From Deferribacterales bacterium (GTDB lineage: Bacteria > Chrysiogenota > Deferribacteres > Deferribacterales > Geovibrionaceae), in contig JBFWJS010000004.1 in NCBI GenBank assembly GCA_050253075.1, positions 192,001-256,000 of the forward strand: a DNA stretch of 64,000 bases. Direction: 5' to 3'. The notes beneath the pieces were generated by a model that saw nothing but the letters and a program-made list of their open reading frames with translations, had not been told where the DNA came from and made no database searches. Numbering within the stretch: the stretch's first letter is position 1; the number at the start of each line of letters is the position of its first letter. Of the stretch, positions 1-9,905 are shown piece after piece. The position numbers and the translations under genes were made by a program.

Positions 1-867
1 CCAACCGAGCTCTTTCTTAGCCAGAGTGATGTCGGGCTTCCTCTGCATAGGGTCATCCTGCGGCAGAGGTTTGAAAATTATGTTATTTTTATTTCCAATA
101 ATCTTTATGACAAGTTCAGCAAGTTGTAAAATTGTAAATTCGTTAGGATTTCCGAGGTTCACAGGTCCTGTGAAGTCCTTCGGCTTTTCCATCATTTTGA
201 GGAAACCGCTCACCATGTCGTCCACATAGCAGAAGCTGCGTGTCTGTTTTCCGTCGCCGTAGATGGTGATGTCTTCGCCCCGGAGAGCCTGCATGATGAA
301 GTTGCTCACCACTCGCCCGTCCTGCGGGTGCATGCGAGGGCCGTATGTGTTGAATATTCTTACAACTTTTATGTTCAGGTCGTGCTGACGCTTATAATCG
401 AAAAAGAGCGTCTCTGCGCATCTCTTCCCTTCGTCGTAGCAAGCTCTGATTCCGATGGGGTTTACAGAGCCTTTATATGTCTCGGGCTGCGGGTGAACCT
501 CAGGGTCGCCGTACACTTCGGACGTACTCGCCTGCATCACGGGTATCTTGAGCCTTTTCGCCAGACCGAGCATGTTTATGGCACCCATCACGGATGTCTT
601 CGTGGTCTGCACAGGGTCAAACTGATAATGTATAGGGCTCGCAGGGCATGCGAGGTTATATATCTGATCCACCTCTACAAACAGAGGGAATGTCACGTCA
701 TGACGCATGAACTCGAAGTTCTTGTCATCCATGAGCGCTTTTATATTATCCTTTCTGCTGGTGAACAGATTGTCCACACAGAGCACCTCGTGCCCCTGTT
801 TCAGCAGTCTTTCGCACAGATGGCTCCCCAAAAAACCCGCACCGCCTGTTACTAATATCCTCTTCAT
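1..867 (-). CDS. UDP-glucuronate decarboxylase-like NAD-dependent epimerase/dehydratase (3' end runs off window)
   Basis: Not in ORF track. Manual translation from ATG at 867 gives [21 protein letters not shown]...YNLACPASP...STSEVYGDP...YDEGKR...[10 protein letters not shown], typical of the UXS1/ArnA-decarboxylase family. Frame is open to base 1. Confidence 0.9.
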   Translation of the reverse strand, partial: MKRILVTGGAGFLGSHLCERLLKQGHEVLCVDNLFTSRKDNIKALMDDKNFEFMRHDVTFPLFVEVDQIYNLACPASPIHYQFDPVQTTKTSVMGAINMLGLAKRLKIPVMQASTSEVYGDPEVHPQPETYKGSVNPIGIRACYDEGKRCAETLFFDYKRQHDLNIKVVRIFNTYGPRMHPQDGRVVSNFIMQALRGEDITIYGDGKQTRSFCYVDDMVSGFLKMMEKPKDFTGPVNLGNPNEFTILQLAELVIKIIGNKNNIIFKPLPQDDPMQRKPDITLAKKELGW

Positions 868-877
868 AAGTTCTCCG

Positions 878-2176
878 TTATCCCGCTACGGGAAAGATGT
901 TATACGCATGGGGGACATAAGCTGTGTTCTCAGCCTCTCCCGCCATTCTGACGGCTTCATCTATGCTTTCCAGTTTTTTAAAGCCCATCCTCTCGCAGTC
1001 GGCCTTGTCAAAATCTGAATAGAGATAAACATCGAAAGCCTCCAGTCTTGAGCGGAGGTTATAAGCCGTCTGTCTGTTTATCTGATAGTCATTTAAAAGC
1101 TCTTCCAGCATGACATCGGCCGATGCCCTGTCGAAGAAGTCTTTAAAATAGTCGTTTCCGTATCCGTCGGCGCACTCCGCAAAGAAGAAGACCTTCGCCC
1201 CTTCTTTCAGCATGGGTGCTATCCTGTCGAGGGATTTCTGTGCCTGCACCATGTTGATATCCTTAGGATACCCGCCGGCAGAGAGAAATACCGCATCGTA
1301 CTTCTTATCTATTTTAACAGATGAAATGCCGTCCAGCTCTTCCGCTGCCTTCAGATGAGACATGAAGAGGTCTCCGCAGACCATATCTATTATGCCGCCG
1401 CTGTTGTCCAGCAGAGTGTTCACCGCAAAGAATGTGTGTGTGGAGCGGGATATCATCAGTGCATCGACAATGTCGTCGTGCACGGGGTTGTTCTTCAGAT
1501 TTCCTGTGACAGCCTTGTCGTCACGCTTTCTGGTGAGGCTGTTCAGGGCGAGCTTGTGGTTTGCCATTATGCTCTTTTTACCGCCGAGACCGGGCATGAT
1601 GAGCTTTCGCCCGCCGCCGTACCCTGCGAAGTAATGATAGCTCACTGAGCCTATTGTGATGATGGTGTCGTGCTCACGGTATGCCTTGTTTATCAGCACT
1701 GTCGTCTTGCGCTTTGTCACGCCGTAGAAGTCGTGAGTGTCATAATCGTCACTGTTATGAGAGAGCAGTTTATCTTTATGCGCTTCGTAAATGTCGGGTG
1801 TCAGTATAGTTTTTAGTTCATCTTCCGTCGGCTGCCTGTGCGTGCCTACGGCAATTATCAGATGAAATTCCTTCCCGTGCTTTATGATGGTGTCGATAAT
1901 GTAAGGAAGCATGCGCTCTGCGCCGGATTTGCGTGTGGCATCGGGCAGGATGAGCAGAATCTTATCCGCATCCTCGACGACCTCGTTCAGCCCGTAGCTG
2001 TACACGGCATTATTCTCCAGCTTTTCCTTTATCGCCTCATCTGTAAGGGGAGCTTTATCTATATGGACATCAATGATATCGACAGGTTTTGAAAGTGTTA
2101 CATCAACAGCACCTTTACCGCATGCTATGGTGAGCTTATCCGCCGATCTTTGACATGGTTCGTTTGTATCCGTCAT
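878..2176 (-). CDS. LarA-family nickel-pincer racemase/epimerase (DUF2088)
   Basis: Motifs [46 protein letters not shown] upstream of ATG 2176; overlaps the end of moaA. Confidence 0.8.
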   Translation of the reverse strand: MTDTNEPCQRSADKLTIACGKGAVDVTLSKPVDIIDVHIDKAPLTDEAIKEKLENNAVYSYGLNEVVEDADKILLILPDATRKSGAERMLPYIIDTIIKHGKEFHLIIAVGTHRQPTEDELKTILTPDIYEAHKDKLLSHNSDDYDTHDFYGVTKRKTTVLINKAYREHDTIITIGSVSYHYFAGYGGGRKLIMPGLGGKKSIMANHKLALNSLTRKRDDKAVTGNLKNNPVHDDIVDALMISRSTHTFFAVNTLLDNSGGIIDMVCGDLFMSHLKAAEELDGISSVKIDKKYDAVFLSAGGYPKDINMVQAQKSLDRIAPMLKEGAKVFFFAECADGYGNDYFKDFFDRASADVMLEELLNDYQINRQTAYNLRSRLEAFDVYLYSDFDKADCERMGFKKLESIDEAVRMAGEAENTAYVPHAYNIFPVAG

Positions 2177-3131
2177 TCCTCTTCTCCGAAAGTACCGCGT
2201 GTTCCTGCTCTTTAATATTCAAGCCCTCGATTATGGCTTCACGCAGAGCCTTAGCATCCCCCGCCTTTATAGCGGGTACAAGGTCTATCTCTTTGTCTGA
2301 AAGGAGGCACGGACGCAGTTTGCCGTCGGCTGTGAGCCTCAGCTTGTCGCATTCATGGCAGAAGTGGTTTGATATAGGGGTAATGACGCCTATCATAGCG
2401 CCGTTATCCAGCTCAAAGTTCTGAGCAGGGCCGCCCAGCTTCGCCTTTTTCACCTCTTTCAGGGTGTACTTGCTTTTAATAATCTCTAGTATATCCTTAC
2501 CGAAGAGGATATTCTCCTCTTTCCATTCGCTGAAGTTGCCCACGGGCATAAACTCTATGAACCTAGTAATGATTTTGTTTTTAGCAGAAAATTCACAAAA
2601 ATCTAAGATCTCGTCATCATTATACCCTTTTATAACCACCATATTGGTCTTAACGGGGCCGATGCCCGATCTCTGGGCATGCTTTATACCGTCGATGATC
2701 TTATCCAGGCTGAATCCGCCTGTGATCTCGTTAAATCTTTCGGGCTTAAGGGAATCAAGACTTACGTTTACCCTTTGTATCCCTGCGTTCTTGATCTGAT
2801 CGGTAAATTTTTTCAGCAGTGCGCCGTTTGTGGTAAGGGTTACCTCTTTCAGCTTTTCCAAATGTCCGAGCTCTTCGAGAAACTCGCCGATACCCTTGCG
2901 CACGAGGGGCTCGCCCCCTGTCACACGCACCTTCTGAACGCCGATATCACAAAAAACTTTAATGGCGAACAGTATATCTTCGTATCTGAGTATATCGCTA
3001 TGGGACATGCACTTGAACTGGTCGGTAGGCATGCAGTATTTGCATCTGAAATTACATCTGTCTGTGACAGAGACACGGAGATATTTTATCTCGCGTCCGA
3101 ATCTGTCTTTCATTTTATCAGGCATAGACAT
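2136..3131 (-). CDS. moaA: GTP 3',8-cyclase MoaA
   Basis: YLRVSVTDRCNFRCKYCM, VRVTGGEPL, FCHECDKLRLTADGKLRPCL, C-terminal MSKIGG. Start could be 3131, 3125 or 3113. Confidence 0.95.
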   Translation of the reverse strand: MSMPDKMKDRFGREIKYLRVSVTDRCNFRCKYCMPTDQFKCMSHSDILRYEDILFAIKVFCDIGVQKVRVTGGEPLVRKGIGEFLEELGHLEKLKEVTLTTNGALLKKFTDQIKNAGIQRVNVSLDSLKPERFNEITGGFSLDKIIDGIKHAQRSGIGPVKTNMVVIKGYNDDEILDFCEFSAKNKIITRFIEFMPVGNFSEWKEENILFGKDILEIIKSKYTLKEVKKAKLGGPAQNFELDNGAMIGVITPISNHFCHECDKLRLTADGKLRPCLLSDKEIDLVPAIKAGDAKALREAIIEGLNIKEQEHAVLSEKRNDGYKRTMSKIGG

Positions 3132-3891
3132 CTTCTTCTTTAATTTCGCGTTTGCGTCCGAATGTCTTAGCAACGATAACGCTGAATTCGTAAAGAACTA
3201 TCATCGGACCGGACATCATAAGCTGTGTGAAAACATCCGGCGGTGTAAGTATAGCTGAAAAGACGACGATGCCGAAATAAGCATAGCGTCTGTGTTTTTT
3301 CATCATCTCGGCTGTCAGTATCCCCATCTTTGCGAGGAAAAGTACGAAAACAGGCATCTCGAAAACAATGCCGAAAGCCATGATAAGTCTTGTGACAAAG
3401 CTGAGGTACCATTGTATCGACAGGTTAGCCGTTACATATCCCTCTGCATATCCGAGGAAAAATTTGAACCCGAATGGGAATACTACGTAGTAAGCAAAGC
3501 TGGCACCGAGGAAGAAAAGCAGAGAGGACATCAGCACAAAGGAGAAGACATACTTCTTTTCCTGTGCGTAGAGCCCGGGTGCGATAAACTTCCACCCCTG
3601 ATAAAAGATGAACGGCATAGCAAAGAAAACTGATACCAGAGCAGACAGCTTCAGCTCTGTGAAGAAGCCCTCGGTCAGTTTCAAAAGCGCCATGCTGGAA
3701 TTCTCGGGGAGTATCGGCACTATGGGAGCAGTAATAAAGTCCATGAATATCTTGCTCTTCCAGTAGACAAGGCAGAAAACGACAATGAGAACGGCAATGA
3801 CGTATATCAGCCTTTTACGCAGCTCTTCCAGATGTGTGGTAAGGGGGAGAGCCTGTTCGACGCCCTGGTCCTTATCCTTATCCTTCGACAT
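3118..3891 (-). CDS. tatC: Twin-arginine translocase subunit TatC
   Basis: [25 protein letters not shown] motifs; multiple TM segments. Confidence 0.95.
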   Translation of the reverse strand: MSKDKDKDQGVEQALPLTTHLEELRKRLIYVIAVLIVVFCLVYWKSKIFMDFITAPIVPILPENSSMALLKLTEGFFTELKLSALVSVFFAMPFIFYQGWKFIAPGLYAQEKKYVFSFVLMSSLLFFLGASFAYYVVFPFGFKFFLGYAEGYVTANLSIQWYLSFVTRLIMAFGIVFEMPVFVLFLAKMGILTAEMMKKHRRYAYFGIVVFSAILTPPDVFTQLMMSGPMIVLYEFSVIVAKTFGRKREIKEEDVYA

Positions 3892-4225
3892 TCTTCTTTA
3901 CCTCCGGCTCGGCCTCTGTCTCTGCCGATGCTGTGGATACAGTCTCGGTCTCTGCCTTTTCGGCAGTTTCTTCAGGCTTTTCCGCCGTCATCTCTTTGTA
4001 GTGTTCTTCGTAAACCTCGGCAGCCTTTTTAGGTGCTGCGGGCTTTTTAGGTTTATCGTCGTCAAAGTCTACGTTAACCGCATCTTTGAAGTCGTTCATA
4101 TATTTTTTGAATTCCGCGTATCCTTTACCCAGCCCTTTAGCAACTTCCGGGAGCTTTTTCGGGCCTATAACAATGAGGGCTACTGCAAGTATAAGGATGA
4201 TTTCTGACATTCCGAGTCCGAACAT
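3878..4225 (-). CDS. tatB: Twin-arginine translocase TatA/TatB-family subunit (TatB-like)
   Basis: [27 protein letters not shown], amphipathic helix, acidic tail; directly upstream of tatC. Confidence 0.75.
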   Translation of the reverse strand: MFGLGMSEIILILAVALIVIGPKKLPEVAKGLGKGYAEFKKYMNDFKDAVNVDFDDDKPKKPAAPKKAAEVYEEHYKEMTAEKPEETAEKAETETVSTASAETEAEPEVKKNVEG

Positions 4226-4373
4226 GTTAACCTCTTAATGAATATATCTTGCACCATACAGATGGCTATTTTGATAATATTAAAATTCAGCTAAAAAGCA
4301 AGATGTATATCAATTATTAAGGATTCGCAAACCCTGTTTACACATATTGTATGCCCTGTTATATTATTGGCAT

Positions 4374-5039
4374 ATGAAAGAACACTATCACGGCCACAGA
4401 GACCGTCTGAAAAAACGCTTTAAGAAAGAGCCCGAATCGCTCTATGACTATGAGGTCGTCGAGCTGCTGCTGGGCTATGTACTGCGGGGGCGTGATGTTA
4501 AACCGCAGGCGAAGGAACTGCTGGAAAAAGCGGGGAGCATGAGCGGCATACTCGGCTTCGACCCTGCAAAGGTGAAGGGGCTGGGCGAAGAGGCTCAGAT
4601 ATTCTTCGGCGCCGTGCGGGAGTTCTTCTCCAGAGTGGAATATGAAGAGCTAGACCGTGAGGCCATCATCATAGACAAGCCTGAAAAGGCGTCCGCATTC
4701 CTGAAGTATAAGATAGGCTACGACACAAAAGAGCACTTCGTCGCACTCTTTCTGGATGTGAATAAGAAGCTCGTCGGGTTTGACAACCTCTTTAAAGGTA
4801 CGGTGGACAGGCTCGCCGTTTACCCGCGTGAGATAGCTGAAAAGGCTCTGGGATATAAAGCGACCAGCGTGATAGTGGCGCATAACCACCCATCGGGGAA
4901 CATGCAGCCCTCAGAGGCCGACATACAGCTCACGGACAAGCTGATAAATGCCCTTGCGGCACTTGATATAAATCTCGCAGATCATATTATTATTACTACC
5001 AAAGGATTCTACAGTTTCAAACGCGAACAGGTGATTTAA
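4374..5039 (+). CDS. radC: RadC/JAB-domain protein
   Basis: GHRDRLK N-terminus; AHNHPSG...PSEAD...DHII JAB motif. Confidence 0.9.
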   Translation: MKEHYHGHRDRLKKRFKKEPESLYDYEVVELLLGYVLRGRDVKPQAKELLEKAGSMSGILGFDPAKVKGLGEEAQIFFGAVREFFSRVEYEELDREAIIIDKPEKASAFLKYKIGYDTKEHFVALFLDVNKKLVGFDNLFKGTVDRLAVYPREIAEKALGYKATSVIVAHNHPSGNMQPSEADIQLTDKLINALAALDINLADHIIITTKGFYSFKREQVI

Positions 5040-5054
5040 AAAACGGAGCTTATT

Positions 5055-5939
5055 ATGAAACGTGTTCTAGTGACCGGCGCAACAGGATTTGTAGGCAATG
5101 CAGTGGTTGAATCCCTTATCAACAACGGCTATCAGCCAGTGGCTCTCGTACGTGAAGGGAGCGAATCCAAGCTGAAGCACAAGGCGGAAATAGCCCACGG
5201 CGACGTACTCGATAAGGAAAGCCTCACAGCGGCTCTAGAAGGGGTCTATGCCGTGATACACCTTGTAGGTATCATCAGAGAATACCCGAAAAAGGGCGTG
5301 ACATTTGAAAACATGCACCACATTGCCACAAAGAACATAGTGGAAGCCTGTAAAGAAAAACACGTTAAACGATACATACACATGTCTGCAAACGGCACAA
5401 GGTCAAACGCCGTGAGCATGTATCATAAAACAAAATACGAAGCCGAAGAGGAAGTGCGCAAAAGCGGACTGGAGTACACTATATTCCGTCCATCCCTCAT
5501 ATACGGTCCGGATGACAGCTTTATAAACATGCTGGCGGGATACATGAAGGGCACGCCGATATTCACATACTTCGGCGACGGCTCATACCCTATGGCGCCT
5601 GTATACGTTAGCGACGTAGCGGACTGCTTTGTTAAATCCATCGATAAACCCGAAACAGCAGGGATGATATATCCTCTCTGCGGGGAAAAGGTATACACAT
5701 ACAAAGAAGTGCTGAAGCTAGTGGGCAAGGCTCTGGGGAAAAATATCATACTCCTCCCAGTGCCGGAATTCGCCATCAGCCTCGGCATATCGCTCCTCGG
5801 AAAGACTGACTGGTTCCCTATTACAAGGGATCAGTTCATCATGCTGACCGAGGGAAATACATGCGACACAAACGATGCTTTTAAGATATTAAAAATAAAT
5901 AGAAGTGATTTTTTTGAAAAAATTGATTCTTACTTATGA
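5055..5939 (+). CDS. NDUFA9-like atypical SDR / NAD-dependent epimerase
   Basis: VTGATGFVG, HLVGIIRE, YHKTK, RPSLIYG. Confidence 0.85.
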   Translation: MKRVLVTGATGFVGNAVVESLINNGYQPVALVREGSESKLKHKAEIAHGDVLDKESLTAALEGVYAVIHLVGIIREYPKKGVTFENMHHIATKNIVEACKEKHVKRYIHMSANGTRSNAVSMYHKTKYEAEEEVRKSGLEYTIFRPSLIYGPDDSFINMLAGYMKGTPIFTYFGDGSYPMAPVYVSDVADCFVKSIDKPETAGMIYPLCGEKVYTYKEVLKLVGKALGKNIILLPVPEFAISLGISLLGKTDWFPITRDQFIMLTEGNTCDTNDAFKILKINRSDFFEKIDSYL

Positions 5940-6007
5940 AAATCTATTGAAAACCATCGTTCGTTTTCCTATCATAAGCCACATCAAAAATCTGGAGATT
6001 ATTTAGT

Positions 6008-6487
6008 ATGAAAAGAGTCCTAATAGCAATGCTTATCATGATATTCGCAGTAGCCTGCGGAGACAATTCTGCAAAAAACTCTGCGGCATCAGCAGATATA
6101 CAGACAGTTTCAAAGGGTTTCATAGAACAGCTTAAGGCTGAACACGCCGGTAAGGTCATGATAGTGAACTTCTTCGCTTCATGGTGCCCGCCGTGCAGAG
6201 GCGAAACACCCGACTTCGTAGAAGCATACGAAAAACACAAAGACGGCAATTTCGTCATCGTCGGTCTCTCTGTGGATAAAAAGGCCGAAGACGCAGTGAA
6301 ATTCATCGATGAATACAAAATCACATACCCGGTGTATCTGGCGGACAACTCCCTCGGAGCAGAGATGAACATCAGCACCATCCCTACATCCATCATATAC
6401 AAGCCTGACGGAAAGCTCTTTGACATAGTTGTCGGACCGCTCACATCAAAAGAGCTCGACATTATCGCCGGAAGCTTTAACAACTAA
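6008..6487 (+). CDS. TlpA/ResA-family thiol-disulfide oxidoreductase lipoprotein
   Basis: Lipobox AVAC; NFFASWCPPCRGE; cis-Pro TIPT. Confidence 0.88.
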   Translation: MKRVLIAMLIMIFAVACGDNSAKNSAASADIQTVSKGFIEQLKAEHAGKVMIVNFFASWCPPCRGETPDFVEAYEKHKDGNFVIVGLSVDKKAEDAVKFIDEYKITYPVYLADNSLGAEMNISTIPTSIIYKPDGKLFDIVVGPLTSKELDIIAGSFNN

Positions 6488-6568
6488 AATAATTTTCTAT
6501 TGCACTATAAAGTAACAGCGTTATTTTAATATCTGTCGAACGATTTATGGTGTGGAGGCTGAAGAAGA

Positions 6569-7048
6569 ATGATAGAGACATCGGTTAAATGCGTGATAAA
6601 AGATCCGCTTACATCCAGATATATTCTGGTGCTTGAGACACTGTGCGGACACTACCTTGTACCCGTTTACATCGGAGCTTTCGAGGCTGAATCTATCTAC
6701 TGCATAATCAACAGGATAAAGTCCCCACGCCCCATGACGTTCGATTTCATATCCGGCATCCTCGGATTCATAGACGAAGTAAACATCGACAGAGTCGTCA
6801 TAGACAGATACGAAGACGGGCTTTACAAAGCAAGCGTCTTCGTAAACTGTAATAAGGTCGAAAAGCGCATAGACTGCCGTCCGACGGACGCCGTATCCCT
6901 CGCCCTGCAGATGGATGTGCCTGTTTACGTAGAGGATGACATCATCTCCTGCAAGTGCGTGAACAGAACCACCATGAACGAAATGGACAACAAGACACTG
7001 GGAACACTGATAGACAACGACCACGGTTCTATCTTCTGGAACGTATAA
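6569..7048 (+). CDS. Bifunctional nuclease family protein (DUF151)
   Basis: PVYIGAFEAESI, PRPMTFD, IDCRPTDAVSLAL. Confidence 0.85.
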   Translation: MIETSVKCVIKDPLTSRYILVLETLCGHYLVPVYIGAFEAESIYCIINRIKSPRPMTFDFISGILGFIDEVNIDRVVIDRYEDGLYKASVFVNCNKVEKRIDCRPTDAVSLALQMDVPVYVEDDIISCKCVNRTTMNEMDNKTLGTLIDNDHGSIFWNV

Positions 7049-7169
7049 GTCCATACTGTTTCGCTGTTTTTGCACTTAATATCGTTTACAAGTTTAATCT
7101 TTCTTTAACATTCCTTCGTGTATAATTCCCGAAAGTGTTAAAATAGAATAAATTCATTACGGCGGACGC

Positions 7170-8705
7170 ATGAGACAGATCTTCTATGCACCAATTTTTT
7201 TCTTTATTTTATTCATCGCATTTCTCATATCTTTTGAGCTGTATCAGGGTCGTCAGAACTATAACCGTATACTGGAGAGCAAAGCCAGAGAGCTGGTGAA
7301 CGCCACCATAACCTTCCGCAAATGGGCAGCCCGTGTGGAGAACCTATATGCCGACACGGACAAAGTAGCCCCAAACCCGTACCTCGCATGGCGTGACGAC
7401 AGAGACATAAACACCGACGGATACCATCTGACAATGGTAAACCCATCATACATGACACGTCTTGTTTCAGAAATATTTGCCGAGAGTGACGGCGTACAGA
7501 TACGCATGGTCGGGGTGAACCCACTGAACCATGCTAACGCTCCCGAAGAATGGGAAGAAGAAGGTCTAGAAGCATTCCGCAATGGTGCAAAATCATTTTC
7601 GATACATTCCAGTGCACCATTTTTCAACAGCACATACAGATATATTTCGCCTTTATATGTGGATGAAAGCTGCCTCTCATGCCACGCCAGAGACGGATAT
7701 GAGGAAAATGAGCTCATCGGCGGGATAAGCGTCACTATTCCCGAGAGTAAAATATCCTATGTAATGCTGAGAGGTACGGTGAGGAATGTCACAGTATATG
7801 CCATGATATCTCTGGTGCTGATAATAACCGTAACACTGCTGCAAAAGAAAGTTTTCATGCTGACACAGGAGCAGGAAAAAGCGATAGACGACCTGAACGC
7901 AGAGATAAAGCACAGAGAGATGACAGAAAACGCCCTCATGCGACAGACACGCATAGCATCGCAGGGCGAGCTGCTCACCCTCGTCTCCCACCACTGGAGA
8001 CAGCCTCTGAACGCTATCTCGCTCACATTCGACATGATCAAAGACGAACTGGCACAAATGAAAATGTCCGACAAGGACACATATGAAAACATCGGACACT
8101 CACAGGAGCTCATACAGGAACTGAGCGGATCGATAGACATGTTCAAGCAGAGCTTCGCCTCCACCGAAAACAGTGAGTTCAGCCTGACACAGGCATTGAT
8201 AACAGCCACAAACGCATTCGAGCCGATACTCTATTCATCCTCTATAAAGCTGTGGCTGAAGTGCAGCTCCGGATACGCCTTAGAGGACATCTGCATATGT
8301 TCGTCCAAAAAGCGCGCCCTGATGAAATGCCCTTTCAAAGACCTGAAGATAAAAGGGAACGAGAGCGAATTCAACCAGATAATCCTCGCCCTTCTGAAAA
8401 ACGCATATGAAGCCATAATGGAATACAGAGCCTCCGGCGGAGATGTCCGCAGCGGATACATAGCCATAGACATGCAGATAGAGGAAGAGCAGATAAGGAT
8501 ATCTGTCACAGACAACGGCATAGGCATATCAGACGAAAATGCCGACAAGGTTTTCGACCCTTACTATACATCAAAAGGCTATGAATACGGCAGAGGGATG
8601 GGGCTCTATTTCGCAAAGGTTCTGGCGAAGCACTTCGGCGGCGGGGACATCTCGCTCATCAGAGGTGAAGAGCATACGGAATTCATTGTGACTATAGGGG
8701 GCTGA
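7170..8705 (+). CDS. Membrane sensor histidine kinase with periplasmic heme-c (DUF3365-like) domain
   Basis: Two TM segments; periplasmic NPSYMTR...CLSCH; HHWRQPL H-box; N box, DNGIG, FDPYYTSK, GRGMGL. Confidence 0.85.
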   Translation: MRQIFYAPIFFFILFIAFLISFELYQGRQNYNRILESKARELVNATITFRKWAARVENLYADTDKVAPNPYLAWRDDRDINTDGYHLTMVNPSYMTRLVSEIFAESDGVQIRMVGVNPLNHANAPEEWEEEGLEAFRNGAKSFSIHSSAPFFNSTYRYISPLYVDESCLSCHARDGYEENELIGGISVTIPESKISYVMLRGTVRNVTVYAMISLVLIITVTLLQKKVFMLTQEQEKAIDDLNAEIKHREMTENALMRQTRIASQGELLTLVSHHWRQPLNAISLTFDMIKDELAQMKMSDKDTYENIGHSQELIQELSGSIDMFKQSFASTENSEFSLTQALITATNAFEPILYSSSIKLWLKCSSGYALEDICICSSKKRALMKCPFKDLKIKGNESEFNQIILALLKNAYEAIMEYRASGGDVRSGYIAIDMQIEEEQIRISVTDNGIGISDENADKVFDPYYTSKGYEYGRGMGLYFAKVLAKHFGGGDISLIRGEEHTEFIVTIGG

Positions 8706-8706
8706 C

Positions 8707-9174
8707 CTATTTAGACTTCTGCTTTTCCAGCTCTACCTGAAGGATGATATTCAGCATATTCTGAAATGTAATGGACTGGAGCACCTTATCATACTCTTCG
8801 GAAAGGGCTGTCTCCTTCGCTATCATCACACGAAACTCAGGGCGTGACAGGAGCTTTATGTATGCCTCGATCTCTTCGTATGTGTAATTAGAGCGGTAGA
8901 ATTTATATACGGCGGGTTTTATGTTTTCCCATTTGAACTCGGCTATCACCTTATCGGCGACACGCACAGCCTTATCTTTATTCTTCACTTTAAAGTTTCC
9001 GCCGTCCAGCATAGCTGCCAGAGGCATGTATATGGATGCCATAGCAGAGTCATAGCAGTGGGGCGCACCTTTAAGTGTAAAGAATTGGTCGAGCTGTTCG
9101 TCCGTGGGCTCTTTTGCGTATGCAGAGGTAAAGGCGGATATTGCGACGATGAGCAGTAATACTCTGAAAAACAT
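8707..9174 (-). CDS. Exported helical protein (DUF2059-like)
   Basis: Signal peptide ending AYA; Y...YTYEEIEAYIKLLSRP resembles the DUF2059 core. Confidence 0.55.
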   Translation of the reverse strand: MFFRVLLLIVAISAFTSAYAKEPTDEQLDQFFTLKGAPHCYDSAMASIYMPLAAMLDGGNFKVKNKDKAVRVADKVIAEFKWENIKPAVYKFYRSNYTYEEIEAYIKLLSRPEFRVMIAKETALSEEYDKVLQSITFQNMLNIILQVELEKQKSK

Positions 9175-9175
9175 A

Positions 9176-9409
9176 TTAATCTTTATTCTGCTGTTTAAAG
9201 AAATCAATGAAAGACACGAGGTTTTCTTTTTTGGTCGCTTCGATATTCTCATTTAATATCGCCTCATAGACTTCTTTACGATGGACGCTCACATCCTTTG
9301 GAGCGTCAATTCCGATCTTAACATTGCGACCGGATACATCGACGATTTTCACCTCGATACCGTCACCGATAACGATGCTTTCATTTATCTTCCGTGATAA
9401 TACAAGCAT
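9176..9409 (-). CDS. csrA: Carbon storage regulator CsrA
   Basis: [15 protein letters not shown]...[19 protein letters not shown], with the C-terminal extension of FliW-regulated CsrA. Confidence 0.95.
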   Translation of the reverse strand: MLVLSRKINESIVIGDGIEVKIVDVSGRNVKIGIDAPKDVSVHRKEVYEAILNENIEATKKENLVSFIDFFKQQNKD

Positions 9410-9852
9410 TATTTTTCCTGATTTTGAAATAGCGGCGACTTGATCTGCCACTTGTCATCTTCAAGTATAACCTGTTTTGCTAACTTTTTCTCCATATTTA
9501 ATACAAGAGGAGCGCGTAAATTTACCGTAGCGTTCTTCGGCTGATCCGGTACCACCACGATGCCGAACACCTTGACCCCTTTGTTCTCTTCAACACTGAG
9601 TATCTTGATGTCCCTTTTGCTCACTTCGGGTTTGTAGTCAGGGAAAAATATCTCCGGCTCCACAAGTATGAAACAGATATTAACGTCCTGAACCGACTGA
9701 AACCATAAGAATGGATATGATTTCTCATTGGAGATAAGGATAAAGTCGTTCAGTTCGGGGAATCCCAGCATAGGTGCTGAAAGCGTAATTATGTCGGATT
9801 CCTGAAACTCGATCTCACCGAGCTTGCCTGATACAATCTTCCGGGTTTCCAT
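9409..9852 (-). CDS. fliW: Flagellar assembly factor FliW
   Basis: [21 protein letters not shown]...AKQVIL; adjacent to csrA. Confidence 0.92.
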   Translation of the reverse strand: METRKIVSGKLGEIEFQESDIITLSAPMLGFPELNDFILISNEKSYPFLWFQSVQDVNICFILVEPEIFFPDYKPEVSKRDIKILSVEENKGVKVFGIVVVPDQPKNATVNLRAPLVLNMEKKLAKQVILEDDKWQIKSPLFQNQEK

Positions 9853-9905
9853 TTTTTCCTCGCATCTTTTTACTGAGCTAACACTCATTTTTCGCTCCTA
9901 TAACC

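Noticed and set aside
4374..5039. radC as a marker of a mobile or defence island
   Set aside because: Full-length chromosomal type among housekeeping genes, with no integrase or att-like repeats.
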